Source: Thermofilum adornatum
GTDB lineage: Archaea; Thermoproteota; Thermoprotei; Thermofilales; Thermofilaceae
DNA: 32,000 nt
Direction of reading: 5' to 3'
NCBI RefSeq assembly: GCF_000446015.1
Contig: NC_022093.1
Span: 1-32,000 of the forward strand
Positions within the stretch are counted from its first letter, which is position 1; every line of letters begins with the position of its first letter. A model generated the notes under the pieces. It ran no database searches and was not told the origin of the DNA. It worked only from the letters and a program-made list of their open reading frames with translations. The translations under genes and the position numbers were made by a program. Of the stretch, positions 25,177 through 32,000 are shown in pieces.

Positions 25177-25668
25177 CTAGAAGGTTTTCAGCCTTCCAGA
25201 GAGAATCTTCCAAGAGATGTTTGCGACAATTATTCCGAACATGGCTTGGAACACGTTGCCCGGGACCTCGATCAGCGCGGCTCCCAGGCCGTATAGTGCA
25301 GTCTCAACGGCAAGGTATCCTAGAACCATTTCTGCTCCTCCAATAACTGTGCCTATTAGGACGAGGTAGGCCCTTTTCCTCCTCGAGAAGACTCCGACTA
25401 TTAGCCCCTCTATGCCCTTAATGAGAAACGTGAATGGGGCCCAGTGTGCGTATCCAGAAATGATGTCTGCAAGTGCAGAGCCGAGGCCGCCCGCGACAAA
25501 ACCTACTACTGGGCCGAACAAAGCGCCTGAGAGCATGACCATCGCGTCTCCTAGGTTGATGTATCCCCTTGTTTCTGGCACAGGGATCTGGACAACTATT
25601 GTGAGTGCGGCTGTGAGAGCTGTCATTAGGCCTGCTATTGATATGACAAGTGATCTTCTAGACGACAC
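25177..25668 (-). CDS. ECF-transporter S-component-like membrane protein (substrate unknown)
   Basis: 163 aa with about 5-6 TM helices. 'INLGDAMVMLSGALFGPVVGFVAGGLGSALADIISGY' resembles the ThiW/RibU-type S-component core. It ends 25 nt upstream of the PurM-like gene. Confidence 0.6.
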   Translation of the reverse strand: MSSRRSLVISIAGLMTALTAALTIVVQIPVPETRGYINLGDAMVMLSGALFGPVVGFVAGGLGSALADIISGYAHWAPFTFLIKGIEGLIVGVFSRRKRAYLVLIGTVIGGAEMVLGYLAVETALYGLGAALIEVPGNVFQAMFGIIVANISWKILSGRLKTF

Positions 25669-25783
25669 ATGTAATGCGTGTATATGGAGAATTTATAATT
25701 TTTTATTGCGTCTCCGGGACGGAATTATTGCTGGGAAAAATTGAACTAAATTACTTTTAAAATCTAAGATCTGCTTGCCTCAT

Positions 25784-26104
25784 ATGAGCGGACCGAGCAA
25801 TCTATTCGTAAATGCCTACATGTATGCTGTCAACAAGGCTGCCTACAAGGTTATGGGGAAAGGTGGAATCACGATATCTCGCCTAGCTACGGACGACTTG
25901 ATCGAGTTTTTAAGGGAGAAGGGTGTGCTGAGTGACAGGCCCTCGGTCGAAGAGATTAAGAGGCTCTTTATCGAGGACTTAGCTATAGCTGACCAGCTAG
26001 AAATAGAGGAGAAAGAATGCGATCTAAGCATTACGCTGAGGGAGCTTAAAATCTCGGACTTTCTCAAGAAGGTTCAGGAAGAAAAATTCGAGCCGGTCGC
26101 GTGA
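25784..26104 (+). CDS. V4R-like small protein, N-terminal part ending at an in-frame TGA
   Basis: ATG at 25784, with TATA-like CTTTTAAAAT (25754-25763) about 25 nt upstream; the listed TTG at 25775 is less likely. The frame stays open for 40 more codons after the TGA (see findings). Confidence 0.6.
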   Translation: MSGPSNLFVNAYMYAVNKAAYKVMGKGGITISRLATDDLIEFLREKGVLSDRPSVEEIKRLFIEDLAIADQLEIEEKECDLSITLRELKISDFLKKVQEEKFEPVA

Positions 26105-26244
26105 CCGCTCTCAGGCGTTATTCTAAGGGTTTGTGAGATGCACGCTGGGTGCAGGCTGGTGTTGCGGGGCTTTGAGGTCGTGGATCCCTACACGGTAACA
26201 TTCAGGTGTGGAAAAGTAAAGCAGTAAAAACTATTTCTATCCTT

Positions 26245-26508
26245 CTATCCTTTTTTTACTGCTACTGAGTCAATGCTTCTAACTGAGCACCCTGTCTCTT
26301 CTAGGTGTCTGAGTACATCGTTGATGTCGAGATTTGTGCCTTCCACGGTTAGTTTTACTGTCTCGGTCTTTACGTCGACCTCTATGACGTCTACTGTTAC
26401 TTGCTGGACGTTTTCTAGCTCGGCTAGAGATGTTGCGAGATGGTATACTGGGATCTCTCGGGGCTTCAATACGTCTAGCACGATTTTTATGTGTCTCACG
26501 GCTTCCAT
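26245..26508 (-). CDS. DUF211 family protein
   Basis: 'IVLDVLKPREIPVYHLATSLAELENVQQVTVDVIEVDVKTETVKLTVEG...RSIDSV' matches the archaeal DUF211 pattern as I recall it. The TAATG overlap with the upstream gene suggests translational coupling. Confidence 0.8.
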   Translation of the reverse strand: MEAVRHIKIVLDVLKPREIPVYHLATSLAELENVQQVTVDVIEVDVKTETVKLTVEGTNLDINDVLRHLEETGCSVRSIDSVAVKKG

Positions 26509-27137
26509 TATACTGCACCCAGCAGGTATGCTATTATAGCTGTTGCTGAGCCGGCTAAAACCATTATGATTCCATATACTATTGGCCTGCTACCAGCGTT
26601 TTTCCCTAGGTAGACGCCTAGCAGGAAAAGGGATAGCATGCTGAGGAATAGTGATAGCTCGAATGCCTGGGTGAATCCGATTATGCCAATGCTTGTCAAG
26701 AGGATCGGAAACAGGACTGCGAGGGCTCCAAGAATCGGTGCAACGGCGTTTACAAGTGCGTTCATTAGTGCTGTGGCCATCTTTGTCCTAGCGATGTGTG
26801 TGCCGTCAAGGTCTCTGAACAGGGCCTTTTCGAGCTCGTTTAGCTCCTTCTGTAGCTCTGAGTACTCGACTAGCATGGCGCTTGTGAGGCCCGAGATAGC
26901 CATACCTATGCTTATGATTAGGCCTGAGGCTAGGAGCACGCTGGGGTTGCGGCCACCAAGAAAGAAATAGTTCACGGTGAAGCCGAGTACTGTCAGTATG
27001 CCGTCGAAGAGGTTCAGTGCAAAGTACCTTCTAGCTATCTCCAAGTCTAGAGCCCTTGTTAGTCTCTGCAGGAACCCTCTAAATAATGAAGCTTTTATAA
27101 GTGACGAGTCTTCGCCTAGCTCTATTTCCATATCCAT
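26508..27137 (-). CDS. VIT1/CCC1-like (TIGR00267-type) integral membrane protein
   Basis: Cytoplasmic N-terminal helix, then 'LFDGILTVLGF' and about 5 TM helices with a central amphipathic 'ELQKELNELEKALFRDL' segment. The family assignment is from memory. Confidence 0.55.
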   Translation of the reverse strand: MDMEIELGEDSSLIKASLFRGFLQRLTRALDLEIARRYFALNLFDGILTVLGFTVNYFFLGGRNPSVLLASGLIISIGMAISGLTSAMLVEYSELQKELNELEKALFRDLDGTHIARTKMATALMNALVNAVAPILGALAVLFPILLTSIGIIGFTQAFELSLFLSMLSLFLLGVYLGKNAGSRPIVYGIIMVLAGSATAIIAYLLGAV

Positions 27138-27250
27138 TAACTAGTATTTTTGAGTGACTTTTAAATCTTTATTAGAAACAGCGAACTCCTTGAGAAACAC
27201 GTTCTGTAGAGGGGTATCTGCTTCCCAATTGTTTCCACACTGCTCGTGAA

Positions 27251-27502
27251 CTAATCTAAGGAAGCTTGCCTTTTCCTTTCCTCCTCCAACTCCCTTATCA
27301 TCTCAAATATAATCTCCTTTGCATCCTTATCTATGCCGAAAAGTTGTTCGAAGGGAATAATGGGTACGATCAAAATGCCCTTCTCTGTCTCTACAAACCT
27401 TACGCGAGAACCTTTCCTCAACTTATACTTTTTTCTAATCTCAGCTGGAATTGTTATCTTTCCTTTCTCGGTAATAGTGCCGGTAAAGTCTTTCGTGACC
27501 AT
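27251..27502 (-). CDS. AbrB/SpoVT-type antitoxin-like protein (orphan)
   Basis: 'EKGKITIPAEIRKKYKLRKGSRVRFVE' AbrB motif. The start is set at Met17 (27502), with the TATA-like 'CTTTTATGTATAATG' about 30 nt upstream. No toxin gene is adjacent. Confidence 0.75.
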   Translation of the reverse strand: MVTKDFTGTITEKGKITIPAEIRKKYKLRKGSRVRFVETEKGILIVPIIPFEQLFGIDKDAKEIIFEMIRELEEERKRQASLD

Positions 27503-27712
27503 ACCTAATTGTTGACAGCGTAGCATTATACATAAAAGATTTTCTGACACATGTCACTTGCTATAATCAAGAGGGTCTTTGAAATCATTTTGCGTGTTAC
27601 ATTTTCAGGGATTGAGCGTTCAGAAATTTTTCTCTTCACAATATACTTGACGTATTCCTATAGCTTTCCTCTATATTTTGTCTAGGAGTGAGAAGGAAAA
27701 GAAAAAAATATT

Positions 27713-28618
27713 TTAGATAGTCAAGCCTAGCTCTCTCGCTAGCCTTGCCATTTTTTCTTCCGTTTCTCTTGGTTCTGGCGTAAGGGGCATCCTCGCATAT
27801 GGCTTTACGGGTGCGTTTAGCACCTTTAGGAGTGTCTTGACGGCGGTTGGAAAGGATGTGGCATAGTCGTATACTTGTACCAGCTTAAGGAGCCTGTGCC
27901 ACTCCCGTAATGCCCTATTTAAGTCTCCGCTCGTGTAGGCGTCGTAGACAGCCCTGTGTATCTGTGGAGCGACGTTTGCCAGGGCCATTATTCCCCCGTC
28001 TCCACCCATCATTAGGACTGGGAGCAAGAAGTCGTCTAGGCCAGTGAGTACGGCGAAATCTCTCCTATCGGCCTTTACGATCTGTACGAGTTGCCTAAAA
28101 TATGTGAAGCTCTCTACTGTGGCTTTTACCCCTGCTAGGTTGCTGTACTCTTTGGCGAGCTCGTGGAGGAGGGCTACTGGTATGTTTATCCCGGTGGTTG
28201 CCGGAATGTTGTAGATGATTATGGGTAGATCTACCTTTTCGAGTATCGCGGAGAAATGCTTCTTTAGGCGCTCCCCCGAAATCTTGAAGAAGAAGGGAGG
28301 AGTCACGACTGCCCCTGTGACCCCCATGTCTCTGAATGTCTTGCCAAGGGCGATAGAGTCCTCCGTATAGTTGGCACTGATCCCTGGGATGACCCAGACC
28401 TTTCCTCCGACCTCTTCGAGAACAACCCTTGTGATCTCTAAAGCCTCTTCCCTGGATAGGTGAACGAATTCCCCAGTGGTGCTGTTTGGGAATATACCGT
28501 GGACGCCCCTCTCGGCCTGGAATCTCGCAAGCCACCTGACTGCTTCGAGGTCTATAGAATAGTCTTCCTTGAAGGGTGTTATGAACGGAGAAATTACGCC
28601 GTAAAATTTACTCTTCAT
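27713..28618 (-). CDS. dihydrodipicolinate synthase/N-acetylneuraminate lyase-family aldolase
   Basis: 'GIFPNSTTGEF' (GTTGE motif), 'IIIYNIPATTG' and the Schiff-base lysine context 'LAGVKATVES'. Confidence 0.85.
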   Translation of the reverse strand: MKSKFYGVISPFITPFKEDYSIDLEAVRWLARFQAERGVHGIFPNSTTGEFVHLSREEALEITRVVLEEVGGKVWVIPGISANYTEDSIALGKTFRDMGVTGAVVTPPFFFKISGERLKKHFSAILEKVDLPIIIYNIPATTGINIPVALLHELAKEYSNLAGVKATVESFTYFRQLVQIVKADRRDFAVLTGLDDFLLPVLMMGGDGGIMALANVAPQIHRAVYDAYTSGDLNRALREWHRLLKLVQVYDYATSFPTAVKTLLKVLNAPVKPYARMPLTPEPRETEEKMARLARELGLTI

Positions 28619-28659
28619 AGGATTACCCTAGCAAATTCTACTACACTGATTTTTTTTGG

Positions 28660-29295
28660 CTACTCGAGGACTGCTAGCGCCCTTACGGGGCTTGCCGAGC
28701 CGTTTGAGATTCTAAGCGGGAATCCGTAGAACGTGAATTCTTTTCCAACGAGCTCTTTTAGGTTTGTCAGGTTCTCGAAGATCACTATGCCCCTTGGCAA
28801 GAGGTTCTTGTGGCCTGGGAAAGGCGGCTGGTCTATGCTGGGCGCATCAATCCCGACCGCGTTTATCTCGAGCTCGGCAAGGTACTTTGCTCCACTTTCA
28901 TCGAGGCCCGGATGGTTGAACCAGTCAGGCGTGCCGGCCTTGGAATCATATCCCGTCATAATAAGGACAACCCAGCCCTTCCCGACGCCCTTGCCCTTTA
29001 GAGCCTTCTCGAGGAATTCTCTTGTAATGGGTGCTTTTGGCCCGAGCCCCGTAGCGTCAACAACGATGCCCTTACCCATGAACCTCTCCAGGGGAACCTT
29101 GTCGATTGTGGGTGCACCCTCTATGAAGTGTGCTGGCGAGTCGACATGTGTTCCTGTGTGCTCGACTAGCTGGAGGAGATTGCTGTAGTAGCCGTGCTCC
29201 TTTATAGTTGTCCAGGTGTGGACAATTGGCGTGGGATAGCCTGGGAAAACTGGGCTTCCAGTTTTAAGCTCCATTGTTAAATCAATTATCTTCAT
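28660..29295 (-). CDS. cyclase-family protein (kynurenine formamidase-like)
   Basis: 'HTGTHVDSPAHF' matches the HxGTHxDxPxH metal-binding signature. Confidence 0.85.
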   Translation of the reverse strand: MKIIDLTMELKTGSPVFPGYPTPIVHTWTTIKEHGYYSNLLQLVEHTGTHVDSPAHFIEGAPTIDKVPLERFMGKGIVVDATGLGPKAPITREFLEKALKGKGVGKGWVVLIMTGYDSKAGTPDWFNHPGLDESGAKYLAELEINAVGIDAPSIDQPPFPGHKNLLPRGIVIFENLTNLKELVGKEFTFYGFPLRISNGSASPVRALAVLE

Positions 29296-29383
29296 GGTTT
29301 TTCAATACGTAGACTCGTTTGGTGGTATTTAAAGTTTTGAAGAAAGAACTTTTCATACATTTAAAAAATGTTTAATTTATCTT

Positions 29384-29827
29384 TTAGGTCGGTGTGAATA
29401 CATAGTACGCCTCTATGCCCTCTGCAGTGACAACCTTTACAGTTGTCCTTTCGCCGATTCTCAGCTTATCTATGGGAACCCATAGCCAGAGAAACTGTGT
29501 GTCCTGGGGGGAGAGAGACCATTCACCTGCAGGATAGCTATGATAAACGTTGCCAGATGGGTCAAGCAAATATACATAGTCGAGGTGTAGGGTTTGGCTT
29601 CCACAGTTCTTGACCCATATTCTATAGGCAACTCCACTAGTATCTCGATCAGCCACTTCAATTCCCTCAATTTTTAGACAAGAGCCTAACGCCTTGGGTG
29701 TGCCTGCTTGCTGTGTGACTTGTCCCTGGAAACTTGTGACCCAAAAATAAATAAGGACGGAAGCTGCTACAGAAATAATCACGAGCAAGAGCGCGGAGAC
29801 AATAGGAGATACTGCATTCATTTCCAT
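29384..29827 (-). CDS. archaeal type IV pilin-like protein (class III signal peptide)
   Basis: 'MEMNAVSPIVSALLLVIISVAASVLIYFWV' matches the archaeal pilin/archaellin-type N-terminal hydrophobic domain. The remainder looks beta-rich. Confidence 0.65.
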   Translation of the reverse strand: MEMNAVSPIVSALLLVIISVAASVLIYFWVTSFQGQVTQQAGTPKALGSCLKIEGIEVADRDTSGVAYRIWVKNCGSQTLHLDYVYLLDPSGNVYHSYPAGEWSLSPQDTQFLWLWVPIDKLRIGERTTVKVVTAEGIEAYYVFTPT

Positions 29828-29976
29828 CTTATGAGTAATTTTTGCCTAAATTTATATAAAAGTATAACGGTTATTAACACAAGAATGCGGGGATTAGGTA
29901 TAACCTTCTACGCATTTCATTAAAATTATTTTATCTAACAATAAATTTTTATAATTTTTGTTGAAAAATTATTGAC

Positions 29977-30651
29977 GTGGCGAGAAAAACTTATCGATCC
30001 GTCGTTGTCAGGGTAAAAGGTTCAGACGCCTGTTTTGACTATCCGCCATATTACTCGTCCGTCATTATCGAGACGCCTAACGAGGAGTATCTACTCGTGG
30101 ACGTGTTTGAGGGTGTTGTTACGCGGATAAGGAGCAAGGAGAAGCTTTTCTCCGCTCTTGCCGATTTCATCCGAGAGGAAGCGGACTCCATAGAAGACTT
30201 GAATCCATATGGAAAACTCTCTGCCGCGGAACATCTATGTTGCGAGGAACTCGGTCGCAAGCTCATGGAAGAATGCATAGCTAGGCGCTGTAAGGGGATG
30301 GACAAGGACAACCCTAGATATCTGGACTGTGAAGACGAGTGTTTTGAAGAAGTTGAGAATAACGAGGAGTATCAGGACTGCATTATGGGTGGGGGTGACC
30401 CGTCCTGTTGTGACGAGATACAGGACGAGGATCTTAGGGAAGAATGCAAATTAGCATGGGAGAGGGCTGAGGGCGTCCTAGAACGGCTGGGAGTAATGGA
30501 GTCGCTTGTAGAAGACCTTGAGAAGGGGCAAGTATCTTTCGAGATCATTGATGCAAGGAGGTATAAGGAGGGGGACTGCTACAGGTATAAGGTCTGTCCC
30601 TTCGAGTGTGCAGATGAACGTGGCGGCTGCGTTTTTCTTTCTATAGGATAG
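29977..30651 (+). CDS. cysteine-rich acidic hypothetical protein
   Basis: GTG start about 25 nt downstream of 'AAATTTTTATAATTTTTG'. 15 Cys in 224 aa, arranged as CC, CxxxxC, CxxxC and CxxxCxxxxxxC pairs. No signal peptide and no recognised domain. Confidence 0.5.
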   Translation: MARKTYRSVVVRVKGSDACFDYPPYYSSVIIETPNEEYLLVDVFEGVVTRIRSKEKLFSALADFIREEADSIEDLNPYGKLSAAEHLCCEELGRKLMEECIARRCKGMDKDNPRYLDCEDECFEEVENNEEYQDCIMGGGDPSCCDEIQDEDLREECKLAWERAEGVLERLGVMESLVEDLEKGQVSFEIIDARRYKEGDCYRYKVCPFECADERGGCVFLSIG

Positions 30652-30719
30652 GCCACTCTCTATTTTTCTTCGTAGGTAGAATGGTAACACTTTTTAGACT
30701 TAAATTGTTTCATTTATTC

Positions 30720-31202
30720 ATGCCCCTAAAACTGATAATTTTAGACCTGGATGGGACGCTCTGGTCCCACAAGGACATCTCTTCAACTCGTCCCCCCTTC
30801 ATTAGGATAGATGATGAGACGCTCGTGGATTCAGCCAACAATTTTGTAAGGCTGGATCCCTGTGCTAGGAGGCTTCTAGAGTCAGCCAAGAAGAAGGGGG
30901 TTCTGCTTGCCATAGCTAGCTGGAACAATCCGGACATAGCGTTGCAGGCTCTTAGAGTTCTGGGGCTAGACGGTTTCTTTGACTTTCCAGTCGTGGAGCC
31001 TCACCCGGGAAAGGACAGGATGGTCGAGAAGATCCTCGCGAGGCTGGGGGTAGCAGAGGAGGACGCGGTTTTTGTTGACGACACAGAATACATGGTGGAC
31101 CTAGTTAGGGCGAGGTTTCCACGGATGAGTGTCTACAGGGTTGGTGGAGACATACGCGACTTGTGCGAGCTCATAGATAGGCTGGGCTTGTCAGATGCGT
31201 GA
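30720..31202 (+). CDS. HAD-superfamily phosphatase (MDP-1-like)
   Basis: 'LIILDLDGTLW' DxDxT motif I, 'IASWN' motif II and 'VFVDD' motif IV. The start is set at the ATG at 30720 (MPLKLIILDLDG); the listed ORF starts at 30681. Confidence 0.75.
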   Translation: MPLKLIILDLDGTLWSHKDISSTRPPFIRIDDETLVDSANNFVRLDPCARRLLESAKKKGVLLAIASWNNPDIALQALRVLGLDGFFDFPVVEPHPGKDRMVEKILARLGVAEEDAVFVDDTEYMVDLVRARFPRMSVYRVGGDIRDLCELIDRLGLSDA

Positions 31203-31243
31203 GCTGGCCTCGTTCTATTCGTAGCTAGAGATTCGATAGGATT

Positions 31244-31657
31244 TTAGCTTATGAGGATGGTTTCTATGCCTAGATTAGTTGCTACTCTTGCCTGAGCAGC
31301 GTCGCTTGTCAATAGTTTGCCGTATTTTTCTGCCTGTGCTATGTACAAGGAGTCATAAACTGTCAGACCGTGTTGTAGGGCGATATGTAGGGCCCTCGGG
31401 AGATATATACGTTCCTCCTCGAGGACTATTACGCGGGTCTCCGCTAGTCTCCCTACAAGGCTGTAGAGCTCGTGGGCGAGGCTCGCCGGCATCATTTTCC
31501 TGAGGTAGGCATGTTTCCAGAGAGCATTAGCGACTTCTTTTAAAACGTGGTCTACAGAGTATAGCGGGGAAACGTGCCTAAGGGTCTCTGAGACTTTTTC
31601 CCAGCCCTCCTCATGCAAAACATACTTAACCAAGAGCGAGGCGTCAATTACTGTCAC
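31244..31657 (-). CDS. vapC: PIN-domain ribonuclease (VapC toxin)
   Basis: 'MTVIDASLL', 'LKEVANAL', 'VYDSLYIAQA' and 'LLTSD' supply the four PIN acidic positions. Confidence 0.8.
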   Translation of the reverse strand: MTVIDASLLVKYVLHEEGWEKVSETLRHVSPLYSVDHVLKEVANALWKHAYLRKMMPASLAHELYSLVGRLAETRVIVLEEERIYLPRALHIALQHGLTVYDSLYIAQAEKYGKLLTSDAAQARVATNLGIETILIS

Positions 31658-31871
31658 GGTCCTCCCTCACATAACTGGCAGCCGTGCCCCTGGGGACGGT
31701 GGGTAGCTGGTTTATGAGCTCCTCAAGCCTTGACAGAGTATTTTCCCTCTCTGCCTCGAGTATCTTGTTTTCGATGAATCTTCTTATCTCCTCGCTCCAG
31801 TTTATCTTGTCTCGGTACTTCTGCATTTTTTCCTTGAGCTCTCTGGGAACCCTTACCGATACAACGCTCAT
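31644..31871 (-). CDS. vapB: VapB-type antitoxin
   Basis: 'MSVVSVRVPRELKEKMQKY...WSEEIRRFIE' is a typical archaeal VapB N-terminus. It overlaps the PIN gene by 14 nt. The start at 31871 is preceded by the TATA-like 'TACTTAAATG' about 27 nt upstream; the listed ORF starts at 31958. Confidence 0.65.
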   Translation of the reverse strand: MSVVSVRVPRELKEKMQKYRDKINWSEEIRRFIENKILEAERENTLSRLEELINQLPTVPRGTAASYVREDRDSN

Positions 31872-32000
31872 TGCCGTCGTGTAATAAATGTTTGTCTTAC
31901 ATTTAAGTATTACGAGCCTGTATGCAAGAGGGGGGCTAATAGTTAAATTGGTTTCCATCTTTTATAGAGGGGTAACCATGCAGGAGCCCGTGCGTGTCGA

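Noticed and set aside
26102-26104. TGA as a selenocysteine codon
   Set aside because: Selenocysteine decoding has not, to my knowledge, been found in Crenarchaeota, and I see no obvious SECIS-like hairpin in the short 3' region. Mutation, sequencing error or read-through are more parsimonious. It is kept only as a formal alternative in the finding.
31978-32000. ATG at 31978 opening a plus-strand frame that runs off the window
   Set aside because: Only 7 codons are visible, which is too little to support a feature.

Overview
This window looks like chromosomal DNA from a hyperthermophilic crenarchaeon (Desulfurococcales-like). That is inferred from three things: a CRISPR repeat ending in ATTGAAAG, A/T-rich TATA boxes about 25-30 nt upstream of start codons (near-leaderless genes), and archaea-specific families (Nre, DUF211, archaeal pilin signal). 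Coding density is high, with about 45 genes. Housekeeping genes include a two-subunit 2-oxoacid:ferredoxin oxidoreductase (5'-truncated at nt 1), birA, speE, a DapA-family aldolase, a class II aldolase and a cyclase/formamidase. Accessory content is as follows. (i) A tight nre / SplB-like radical SAM / SWIM operon in which two proteins end in PIP-box-like motifs. (ii) A visibly GC-rich operon encoding a degenerate RecA/KaiC-fold protein, a 96-aa coiled-coil protein and a short family-B DNA polymerase with degenerate exonuclease motifs. (iii) A decaying CRISPR locus: cas6, a 3-repeat array, two mirrored roughly 260-bp leaders, a cas1 relic and a lone repeat. (iv) Two tandem IPCT/DIPPS-like membrane genes whose halves have degenerated reciprocally. 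(v) An in-frame TGA splitting a V4R-like ORF. (vi) A candidate C/D box sRNA. (vii) Two vapBC pairs and two orphan AbrB antitoxins. All calls rest on reading motifs by eye. No database search, alignment statistic or GC calculation was run.
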